Source of the DNA: Coleofasciculus chthonoplastes F2-STO-03
GTDB lineage: Bacteria > Cyanobacteriota > Cyanobacteriia > Cyanobacteriales > Coleofasciculaceae
Length of the DNA: 64,000 nucleotides
Direction: 5' to 3'
Assembly (NCBI GenBank): GCA_040222015.1
Contig: JAVJWO010000193.1
Coordinates: forward strand, 64,001 to 128,000
The first letter of the stretch is position 1. Every line of letters starts with the position of its first letter. Positions 1-7,799 of this stretch are shown here, piece after piece. A model generated the notes under the pieces. The model was given only the letters and a program-made list of their open reading frames with translations. It was not told where the DNA came from and made no database searches. Made by a program: the position numbers and the translations under genes.

Positions 1-6
1 TCTCTG

Positions 7-193
7 AACCCAAGTGCATTTTCATCCTTGTTCGTTTCCCCTTGCCAATACTACGGGCAAATCCATTAATTTTCTTGAGGAACCCGAATTTTTTGTTAAC
101 CCGGATTCAATGGTAACTTGGTGGGTTACGGCGGATTTATTATTGAATGGTTCATTTCCTAAATTTAATACCGCCTAACCCACCCTACGGGTC
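7..193. repeat. Dispersed ~187 bp repeat module (copy 1) ending in a GTAG-REP-like hairpin at 120-188
   Basis: Near-identical to 1692-1878 and partly to ~2869-2955; minus strand reads GTAGGGTGGGTTAGGCGG...CCGCCGTAACCCACC. Confidence 0.9.
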
Positions 194-292
194 TGGGGAA
201 ATATGTATCTTTTTGTAAACCGAACACAACAGTTGCAATTGCCCAATTTTGGCTAAAGCGATTAGGTGACTAGCATTAGAAACCACAATCAT
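175..292 (-). pseudogene. Truncated DUF3368-like (PIN-domain) toxin, N-terminal fragment
   Basis: Manual translation MIVVSNASHLIALAKIGQLQLLCSVYKRYIFPQTRRVG*; ATG overlaps the UPF0175 stop (ATGA); frame runs into the REP and stops. Confidence 0.7.
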
Positions 293-573
293 TGTTCAGT
301 TGTATTTAATAGGGTTTCTAAGAGATTTACCTCGGCAACTAAATTCTCTGGAGTCTGATTAAAATAAGGGACTTTGTATCGGCTCAAAAGCTGAATAAAA
401 TCCCATTTAGAGACCCCCAATAATTCTCCACCTTTACCAGAATAAATCCTGCCTTCTCGAAATAACTCAATTGCAATCAATTCTCTGATACGCTTTTCTA
501 AGCCAGTTTCCGAGACATCAAGTACCCCAAGTAAATCACGGGGTAAATTTAAACGAACCGTTAATTCTTCCAT
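289..573 (-). CDS. UPF0175 family protein (putative antitoxin)
   Basis: IAIELFREGRIYSGKGGELLGVSKWDFIQLL motif; ATG at 573 preferred to TTG at 600. Confidence 0.8.
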   Translation of the reverse strand: MEELTVRLNLPRDLLGVLDVSETGLEKRIRELIAIELFREGRIYSGKGGELLGVSKWDFIQLLSRYKVPYFNQTPENLVAEVNLLETLLNTTEQ

Positions 574-681
574 GTTTAAATCTTGATTATTTGCGATCAA
601 ATTTTAATCGACGGTGGCAACATAAATCTACACTACCAATTTCTACACCTAATCGCCACAGATTGTAACAGCTAACTGGGA

Positions 682-1449
682 TTACTGGAGCGATGTTCTA
701 GACAATTCCTCTACAAATGCCTGATGCTCTGGGCAACCGATTCCCTCCTGTAGCACAGTCAGAACTCGCGACATATCTCCCCGCAACAGTGCCTGCACAT
801 CCAACCGTAACCCTGGTAAAAAGGGACTACTCAACACCTCGGCTCCGCTCGGTGTTGACGCTGAGCGGAGCCGAAGCGTCAACACCCCTAACGAATCCGG
901 TTGCTGCTGTCGATACTCTCCCTGATCCAAAACATACCAGCGAAACTTCCTATCCTGCACCAACCACACCAGATACTCCCGTACCCCATTGCGCCGATAA
1001 GCCTGTAACTTATCATGAAGATCATAAGACACGCTACTGGCAGCAATTTCAACAATTAGCTCTGGCGCTCCTTCCACATAGTCATCCTCACTAATCCGCG
1101 ATCGCCCCCCACTCTCTTCATCTAGCCGCAGCAGCGCATCGGGTTGCGGTTCGTTGTCTAAATCCAGGCGTACCGTCGCATTATCCGCTAATTCAACACC
1201 CGGTGTCCCAGCCACATAAACCCCTAACCAGGTCATCACTTGGCTATGGGGTTTACCGTGTCGGTTATAGCGTAGAGGCGATGCCACGTAAACCACTCCT
1301 TCAATTAACTCGGCTTTCTTGATATCAGGTATCAGAGAATAGCGTCGCTCAAACTCAGCACGAGTCAAGCGATCGCCATTCTCTAAAGCGGGAATCAGTT
1401 GTTGGGCAAGACTACCATAATTCACGATCGCACCTCCAGTAAGCGTCAC
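682..1449 (-). CDS. Uma2 (DUF820) family endonuclease-like protein with a 16-aa in-frame repeat insertion
   Basis: LENGDRLTRAEFERRY, ELIEGVV, PQPDALL, APELIVEIAASS, YRRNGVREYLVW motifs; exact start uncertain. Confidence 0.9.
   Translation of the reverse strand: MTLTGGAIVNYGSLAQQLIPALENGDRLTRAEFERRYSLIPDIKKAELIEGVVYVASPLRYNRHGKPHSQVMTWLGVYVAGTPGVELADNATVRLDLDNEPQPDALLRLDEESGGRSRISEDDYVEGAPELIVEIAASSVSYDLHDKLQAYRRNGVREYLVWLVQDRKFRWYVLDQGEYRQQQPDSLGVLTLRLRSASTPSGAEVLSSPFLPGLRLDVQALLRGDMSRVLTVLQEGIGCPEHQAFVEELSRTSLQ
831..885. repeat. 48-bp insertion of two small palindromic dispersed-repeat units inside the Uma2 gene
   Basis: TCAACAC repeated at 831-837 and 879-885; cores CTCGGCTCCGCTCG and CTGAGCGGAGCCGAAG in opposite orientation, each flanked by short inverted repeats. 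Confidence 0.75.
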
Positions 1450-1526
1450 ATCTTCAGGATATCTTTGTCACACAATCAATCCTCTGCTCCATCCATTAGA
1501 AGAGAGGGTAGGCGACCCAACCGTCT

Positions 1527-1589
1527 GTAGGGGCGGGTTTTACCGATAACATGCTCTTCAAAACTGATAACTTATGTAAACCCGCCCTG
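1527..1589 (+). repeat. GTAG-REP-like hairpin, GTAGGGGCGGGTTT...AAACCCGCCC family
   Basis: Same family at 35198, 35817 and 37783. Confidence 0.85.
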
Positions 1590-1691
1590 TTTCTGGAGTT
1601 GTTCATTAGTGCCAGCGCCCCGCCCCTACCTGACCCCAGGTGTTTTGGCTCATCCCTAACGGGTGCGATCGCGTGGGGGAGACTCCTATCT

Positions 1692-1925
1692 AACCCAAGT
1701 ACATTTTCATCCTTGTTCGTTCCCCCTTGCCAATACTACGGGCAAATCCATTAATTTTCTTGAGGAACCTGAATCTTTTTTTAACCCGGAATCAATGATA
1801 ACTTGGTGGGTTACGGCGGATTTATTATTGAACGGTTCATTGCCTATATTTAATACCGCCTAACCCACCCTACGGGTCACGCTTGATTGGGGTCTATAGG
1901 ACGGCACATTTTCCCATGATATAAA
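1692..1925. repeat. Dispersed repeat module (copy 2) including REP-like hairpin 1805-1873
   Basis: Matches 7-193 at offset 1685; its right part matches ~2869-3004. Confidence 0.9.
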
Positions 1926-1969
1926 ATTACCTAAAATCTCCATGAAAGTCAATCCCTAATTCTATTTTT

Positions 1970-2098
1970 TTAGCCGCGATTACCATTTGTTACCCAAATA
2001 AAATCAGTAAGAGCTTGCTCAATCTGCTCCGATTCGGCTCCAAATTTGGCCAATAATTCTCGGTAAACGGTAGGGGGAATAAATACTTCTGCAGCCAG
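1970..2098 (-). pseudogene. Internal fragment of a DUF3368-like PIN toxin
   Basis: Manual translation LAAEVFIPPTVYRELLAKFGAESEQIEQALTDFIWV resembles the 'V.IP..VY.EL' segment of DUF3368 proteins; no start codon. Confidence 0.55.
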
Positions 2099-2102
2099 CT
2101 CT

Positions 2103-2294
2103 AAGCCTGACGCCCCACACCCGCACGCTTATTTTTCGGAGAGGGAAGCCCCACTAACGCGGCGTCTGACAGATCAGTGTAGGTCTGAATTAGCTCAATT
2201 TAGGTATTTTAAGTAGCCAATCGGAGTTTCCATTTACACGCTCTGTTCTAATTTCCATTTTCTCCTCCCCATTATCACAGTAGTTACGAAAACT
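2103..2294 (-). pseudogene. Collapsed, multiply deleted copy of the 3526-4584 region (DUF4058 fragments plus upstream regions)
   Basis: Collinear blocks match ~3526-3569, ~3756-3796, ~3941-4011 and ~4545-4584. Confidence 0.8.
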
Positions 2295-2745
2295 AACGAC
2301 AATCCGGCAGAAAATTTTGAGCCAAAATCTCTTCTATCTCAAAAGGACAGGATAAGGGAAATGCCGTCTCAGGAAGACCCGTTTCTCTACAGGCATCTCG
2401 CACAGCTTTCGGATACACCCTTGCCAATCCCTGCTCCAACTCGCCTCTTAAACTCGGACTATCTAGCAATAGGGCTTCAATTTCATCACGCTGATGATCA
2501 ATCGTCACTAGCCAACTTTTGCTTTGTTTGTCGGGTTGATATTGCCACTTGAGCAGGTGCATGACTAAAACCTGTAAGCGGCTGCGAAGTTGACGGAGGT
2601 CACGCTTGCCCATACTTTCTAGCTCTTCAGCAATATGCTCCACATCAATTTCGGACAAACAGCCTCGCCGCAGTAATTCTACATTTTTACGAATCCAAGC
2701 ATAGAAGTCCAGATCGTATTCAGCCTCTAGATTCATCGTTCTCAT
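2293..2745 (-). CDS. DUF29 family protein
   Basis: YDLDFYAW...IDVEHIAEELESMGK...HLLKWQYQP...SW...SPSL...FPLSCPF signature. Confidence 0.9.
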   Translation of the reverse strand: MRTMNLEAEYDLDFYAWIRKNVELLRRGCLSEIDVEHIAEELESMGKRDLRQLRSRLQVLVMHLLKWQYQPDKQSKSWLVTIDHQRDEIEALLLDSPSLRGELEQGLARVYPKAVRDACRETGLPETAFPLSCPFEIEEILAQNFLPDCR

Positions 2746-2868
2746 GCTCCAATCAATATAAATCTATTTTCTAGCCGTCGTCTAATCGGCACAATTCAAA
2801 TTATCGATCAGGCTGTATAAAATACTATTTTAGCTGGTATAAATCCGGCTGGGTATTTGATTTTCCTC

Positions 2869-3004
2869 TGGAATCAATGATAACTTGGTGGGTGACGGCG
2901 GATTTATTATTGAACGGTTCATTTCCTAAATTTAATACCGCCTAACCCACCCTACGAGTCACGGTTGATTGGGGTCTATAGGACGGTACATTTTCCCATG
3001 ATAT
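2869..3004. repeat. Dispersed repeat module (copy 3, partial) with REP-like hairpin 2887-2955
   Basis: Matches ~1787-1925. Confidence 0.85.
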
Positions 3005-3019
3005 AGATAGAATAATGGC

Positions 3020-3123
3020 TCTCATCCTTGTAGTGCGAGCATCTTGCTCGCTACCCAGTCTCATCCTTGTAGTGCGAGCATCTTGCTCGCTACCCATTCC
3101 CAATTTAAATGCGTGACAGCTTA
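3020..3123 (-). mobile_element. Partial family-B MITE with a 39-bp internal tandem duplication
   Basis: TCTCATCCTTGTAGTGCGAGCATCTTGCTCGCTACCCA twice (3020-3057, 3059-3096), then terminal repeat TTTAAATGCGTGACAGCTTA. Confidence 0.75.
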
Positions 3124-3148
3124 CACTAGGTCATCCTCTTCTTGACAA

Positions 3149-3940
3149 TTATCGCCATCCACTCTCTTGCAACAGGGTAGCCGCCCAAACAGCGTCATCT
3201 CCCTTGAGAGGGGGTACAGGTTCACTCCCATAATCCACAGCTAAGTCAAAACTGGCTCTGTCATAGACTTGGGTGAATAACTCCTGTAAATCCACAATGG
3301 GTTCCACATCGGTTGACGTCAAAGGTAGTGGAAAAACTGGAATTTTCTCACGAACCCCAAACCGATACAACTGAGCTAGGGGTCGTTTGTCGCTACGACT
3401 GATTAAAATATTGTAATCACTGCGTGGTCTTTCTCCCAAAATTAGCATCGGCTTTCCCCCCCTCAACAAATCAATTTCGACTAAATGGGTAAAACTGCCT
3501 AAAACCTCTAGGCGTTTGCGAGAATAAGCCTGACGTCCCACACCCGCACGCTTATTTTTCGGGGACAGGATTTCTATGGCTGTCACCACCGCCCCGGTTC
3601 CAATTTCTCGAATTTCTAAATAACTCTCCCTGACTTCTTCCGGTATCGGTATTTTAACCGTTACAGGTTCATTTTGAGTTAACACAGTCGCCGTTGATGA
3701 AGTCGTTGATGAGTTCTGATTTGGGGTTGAACGTCTAGACACAACAGCCACATCAGGAAGTCCGACTAACGCGGCGTCTGACAGATCAGTATAGGTTCGT
3801 TTTTCGACAGCGACTCGGTATTTAGGGCGCAGTTGTGGACCCAAAAAATCGGCTAGGTTCACGATTAACCGACTATGAACCTCCGCCCATAATTCGGAAT
3901 ATTCTAAATAAGGGTCCATGCCCGGAAAGGGAGAAGGCAT
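3149..3940 (-). CDS. DUF4058 family protein (PD-(D/E)XK-like)
   Basis: MPSPFPGMDPYLE start, IEILSPKNK, HLVEIDLLRGG motifs. Confidence 0.9.
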   Translation of the reverse strand: MPSPFPGMDPYLEYSELWAEVHSRLIVNLADFLGPQLRPKYRVAVEKRTYTDLSDAALVGLPDVAVVSRRSTPNQNSSTTSSTATVLTQNEPVTVKIPIPEEVRESYLEIREIGTGAVVTAIEILSPKNKRAGVGRQAYSRKRLEVLGSFTHLVEIDLLRGGKPMLILGERPRSDYNILISRSDKRPLAQLYRFGVREKIPVFPLPLTSTDVEPIVDLQELFTQVYDRASFDLAVDYGSEPVPPLKGDDAVWAATLLQESGWR

Positions 3941-4080
3941 CTGAATGACCTCAACGTAGGTATTTTAAGCAGCCAATCGGAACTTCCATTTACACACTCT
4001 GTTCTAATTTCAATTTATATCATCCTTCATCACCCAAATGGAAAGTTATCTCTTCCAATCCCCGTCCTCACGAAGTAGGG

Positions 4081-4548
4081 CTAGGTTGATGAACCTTCTG
4101 TCTCCATCTGAGAATTCGGCCAAAAGTCTTCGCACATCACCTGCTCGAAGGAAAACGGACAAACATCAGGAAACTGTTCATCGGGTAAATCCGTTTCCGC
4201 GATCGCCAAATCCCTGGCTTCAAGCCAACTTTCCTCCATCGCTTCATCTAAGCGGGATTTCAACCCTGGATTACGCCGTAGCAGCTTGGCAATCGCAGTT
4301 CTTTGCACCCGAATCGTCGCTCGCCAACTGTTCGTTTGTTTCCAATATTGAACTTGCCACTTCAACAAGTGAGCGATCAACTGAATCAATCGAGATTCTA
4401 GTTGATCGTAGTGACGATTCCCCAAGTCTTCTAACTCCTCAACCAGATGACCCAAATCCAACTGCTCAAACCTACCCTGACGGAGTAAATTCGCTTGATT
4501 GAATGCCCAACTATAAAAATCCCGTTCATAAAGGGCTTCTCCTGCCAT
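4081..4548 (-). CDS. DUF29 family protein
   Basis: LYERDFYSW...LVEELEDLG...HLLKWQVQ...FPDVCPF; ATG at 4548 preceded by GGAGG. Confidence 0.9.
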   Translation of the reverse strand: MAGEALYERDFYSWAFNQANLLRQGRFEQLDLGHLVEELEDLGNRHYDQLESRLIQLIAHLLKWQVQYWKQTNSWRATIRVQRTAIAKLLRRNPGLKSRLDEAMEESWLEARDLAIAETDLPDEQFPDVCPFSFEQVMCEDFWPNSQMETEGSST

Positions 4549-4586
4549 TTTATCCTCCCTGTTATCACAGTAGTTAAGAAAACTCA

Positions 4587-4653
4587 TCCCCTCTCCCCTG
4601 GTGGGAGAGGGGCTGGGGGAGAGGGGGTTTCAGCTTAAGTTGACACCACCATG
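4587..4653. mobile_element. Family-A MITE remnant (one end)
   Basis: CCCCTCTCCC...GGGAGAGGGG hairpin followed by CTTAAGTTGACACC terminal repeat. Confidence 0.65.
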
Positions 4654-4836
4654 TTAGCTATGCCAGTCCAGTAGAACTCCATATCCCTACCCCATCAACA
4701 ATGGCACCAGGGTTGCTGATTTTCCATGTTAAGTCTAGAAAGATTTGATTGATATCAGCCATTGAATTCACTCTCATGACGCTACAGCTCGACGCTGTAT
4801 GCTAATGGTAATCATGCTTATCGGTGTAGGAGAACT

Positions 4837-5691
4837 ATGGAATTGACGCAAAATACAGAACTGAGAACGATTGAGGATGAAGATGAAATTTCCTTACTCG
4901 ATATTATTCAGTTTTTCCGCCGCAACTGGCGGTTTATGGCATGGGGAACCCTGGGACTATCAGCCGTCGCGATCGCTCTCTCCCTACTCATGCCCAAACA
5001 GTACCAGAAACAGCTCACCCTCTCAGTCACGCCGGTTCCTATCTCGGTGTCCGGTATCCCTGGCGTCGATATCCAGCAAGCCAGTAACCAAACCGTAAAA
5101 CTTTTGGAGAATCATTACGACAAAATCGATGAAACTGAGGTTAAACCCACCTATAACACTGAAACCCAGCAAATCGACATCACCGTGCGATCGCCTGATA
5201 CGGGTTTCTTAGCTGAAGCTGGCTCCCAAGTCTCTACCCTGCTCCAGCAGGAGTTTCAAGATACATTAGGTAAAGCGATCGCCAATAGTCTCTTCAGCAC
5301 CGAGCTGGAAATCACCAAACAGCAACAAGTTCTCGAACAGCTCGAACAACAAATTGCTCAAGTTCGTGACTCCAATATCATCGATCCCGAACGGATTAGA
5401 ACGACTCTCAGGCTGGAGGCGCTAGAGACACAACGGGCAGCTGTTCTGGCTCGCATTGCCAGCCTAGAATTTGATAAACAGTATCTCGAACCCGCCCAGA
5501 AGAATCTAGCGGAGTTTACCTCTCAAATTATTTCTATCCAACTCTTAAGCGAATCCAAAGTTGAACCGACACGCTCCCTAGTACAAATCGCAGTACTGGC
5601 TGCGATCGCTAGTTTCATGGTTGCCATCCTGGCTGCGATTATCCGCGATCAAGCCAGACGCCTCAAGGATGAGTTATCCCAGAAAAAGTAG
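4837..5691 (+). CDS. Wzz/FepE-like polysaccharide chain-length determinant
   Basis: DEISLLDIIQFFRRNW N-terminus, two terminal TM helices, coiled-coil periplasmic region. Confidence 0.75.
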   Translation: MELTQNTELRTIEDEDEISLLDIIQFFRRNWRFMAWGTLGLSAVAIALSLLMPKQYQKQLTLSVTPVPISVSGIPGVDIQQASNQTVKLLENHYDKIDETEVKPTYNTETQQIDITVRSPDTGFLAEAGSQVSTLLQQEFQDTLGKAIANSLFSTELEITKQQQVLEQLEQQIAQVRDSNIIDPERIRTTLRLEALETQRAAVLARIASLEFDKQYLEPAQKNLAEFTSQIISIQLLSESKVEPTRSLVQIAVLAAIASFMVAILAAIIRDQARRLKDELSQKK

Positions 5692-5838
5692 CTACGCTTA
5701 GGGAACTAAAGTTCCCACTACGAACCTTTTGTGCAACTGATAGGCTTGTCTGTGGGGAACAAAAGTGATCCTAGCCAGGACGTTAAAGCCAATGTATCAT
5801 ACCTTGTTGCAGCCAGTATCGCCTTAGAGGTGCCGTTC

Positions 5839-7752
5839 ATGCCCCAAAAAAGGCTCTTTCCTTCCGCATATCGATTGGGACAACTTGGACTCGATGGATT
5901 TGTAGCTTGGTCAGCTTGCAGCCTTGCTTTTTGGTTCCGCTTTGATGGTCATATTCCTGCTTCTCACCAAACCATGGCTGGGATGCTTCCCCTCTTAGCA
6001 ATTCCCGGGCGTTTGCTGTTTCACACCATTTTTGGTCTGTACCGCCAAGTCTGGCGTTTATTTGGACTGAAAGATGCTACCACCCTTTGCCAGTCGATCA
6101 CTCTCTATTCCTTACTCCTTCTAGTCATCACTCGCTTACTGATTCCCCGCTTTACCTCCTTTTCGGGAATTCCCTTGGGTGTGGCGGTGATTGACTGGAG
6201 TTTTTGTGTGATGGGGATGATCGCCCTACGCTACGCCCGTCGTCGATTTGTCCTTTACCACCCACGCGATCGCACGGCTTCACCCAGAGATCCCCAGCGG
6301 GTACTATTAGTCGGTGCGGGGCGGGCTGGATCACAAATTGTCCAGGAAGTCAACCAAAATCGCCAGCTTAACCTGGAAATTCTCGGCTTTCTGGATGATG
6401 ATCCGACGAAGATTGGACGTAAAGTGGAAGGTATACCCGTTCTCGGTGCGACATCCCAACTTGTACCCATTGCCAAACGCCTCAACGCCGATGAAGTGAT
6501 AATTTCTATGCCCTCGGCTAAGGCGTCCCAAATCCGCAAATTGGTGGAACTTGCCCAAGGTAGCGCCCTGAAACTGAAAGTGTTACCGGGACAAGCCGAA
6601 CTGTTATGCGATCGCTCTCTGACTCCCCAAGCTAGACCCATCCAAATCCAGGATATCCTGGGACGCCCGGAGATTAAACTCGACTTTGCCGATGAATTTA
6701 ATCAGCAATTTCCCTCCGCGCGATCGCAAGTCTATCAGCGCACGGTTCTAGTTACGGGTGCAGGCGGTACGATTGGTTCAGAAATCTGTCGCCAGCTTGC
6801 TCGTCTCGAACCCCAACATCTCCTATTACTGGGACGCGGGGAAAATAGTATTTTCAACATAGAGCAAGAATTGCGCCGCGATTTCCCCAACCTGAAGGCG
6901 ACACCCATTATTGCCGATATTCGCCATCAACGTCGTATCCAGACCATCTTCCAAACCTGGCAACCTCAAATTGTTTTCCATGCAGCGGCTCATAAACATG
7001 TCCCCTTAATGCAGCATAACCCCACTGAAGCCCTGGAAAACAATGCTTTGGCATCGGCTCATCTGGCACAACTAGCGGAACAACAGGGTGTAGATACCTT
7101 TGTCCTCATTTCTACCGACAAAGCCGTTGATCCCTGTAACTTTATGGGTTTAAGTAAGCGGTTAGCCGAACTCCTGGTTAAAGCGTGCGCCGCCAAAAGC
7201 CAAACCCGCTTTCTTGTGGTGCGCTTTGGCAACGTTTTAGGGAGTCGTGGTAGTGTGATCCCAATTTTCCAGGCACAAATTGCCAGAGGCGGTCCTGTCA
7301 CCGTCACTGACCCCAATATGACCCGTTATTTCATGACCACTCCTGAAGCCTCTCAGCTTGTGATTCAGAGCCTTGCTGTTGGACAATCCGGTCAAACTTT
7401 AATTTTAGATATGGGTCAACCTGTAAAAATCTTAGACTTGGCACAACAAATGATTCAGTTGGCAGGTTTCATGCCAGAACTGGATATCCCAATTAAGATT
7501 ACCGGATTGCGTCCCGGCGAGAAACTGCATGAATCCTTAGTCTGTGCGACAGAAAAAGTCATACCCACCGCTCACCCCAAAATTTTAGCGGTTTCTAGTC
7601 AACCGCCAGCACCCTTATCCCAGCAAAAGGCGATCGCGACTCTCTTAGATGCGACTACGGCTAGCTTACCCCCTGACTGTCTCTGGAAAACCGCTCAGCA
7701 TTGTATTACTGTTCTGGAAGATTACCCAGTATGTAAACAGTCAGCAATGTAA
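5839..7752 (+). CDS. CapD/PglF-like nucleoside-diphosphate sugar dehydratase
   Basis: N-terminal TM segments, LVGAGRAG, VLVTGAGGTIGSE, HAAAHKHVP, ISTDKAV, RFGNVLGSRGSV, GLRPGEKLHE; ATG 5839 with AGAGG preferred to GTG 5731. Confidence 0.93.
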   Translation: MPQKRLFPSAYRLGQLGLDGFVAWSACSLAFWFRFDGHIPASHQTMAGMLPLLAIPGRLLFHTIFGLYRQVWRLFGLKDATTLCQSITLYSLLLLVITRLLIPRFTSFSGIPLGVAVIDWSFCVMGMIALRYARRRFVLYHPRDRTASPRDPQRVLLVGAGRAGSQIVQEVNQNRQLNLEILGFLDDDPTKIGRKVEGIPVLGATSQLVPIAKRLNADEVIISMPSAKASQIRKLVELAQGSALKLKVLPGQAELLCDRSLTPQARPIQIQDILGRPEIKLDFADEFNQQFPSARSQVYQRTVLVTGAGGTIGSEICRQLARLEPQHLLLLGRGENSIFNIEQELRRDFPNLKATPIIADIRHQRRIQTIFQTWQPQIVFHAAAHKHVPLMQHNPTEALENNALASAHLAQLAEQQGVDTFVLISTDKAVDPCNFMGLSKRLAELLVKACAAKSQTRFLVVRFGNVLGSRGSVIPIFQAQIARGGPVTVTDPNMTRYFMTTPEASQLVIQSLAVGQSGQTLILDMGQPVKILDLAQQMIQLAGFMPELDIPIKITGLRPGEKLHESLVCATEKVIPTAHPKILAVSSQPPAPLSQQKAIATLLDATTASLPPDCLWKTAQHCITVLEDYPVCKQSAM

Positions 7753-7799
7753 CAGGGAATCGGCAACAGATAATACTTAATTTCAATGTATATTCGCTG

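Noticed and set aside
1..3004. Repeated modules as a CRISPR array or classical integron attC array
   Set aside because: Repeats are >130 bp, irregularly spaced by whole genes; no cas or integron integrase in the window; no clear attC RYYYAAC/GTTRRRY core pattern established
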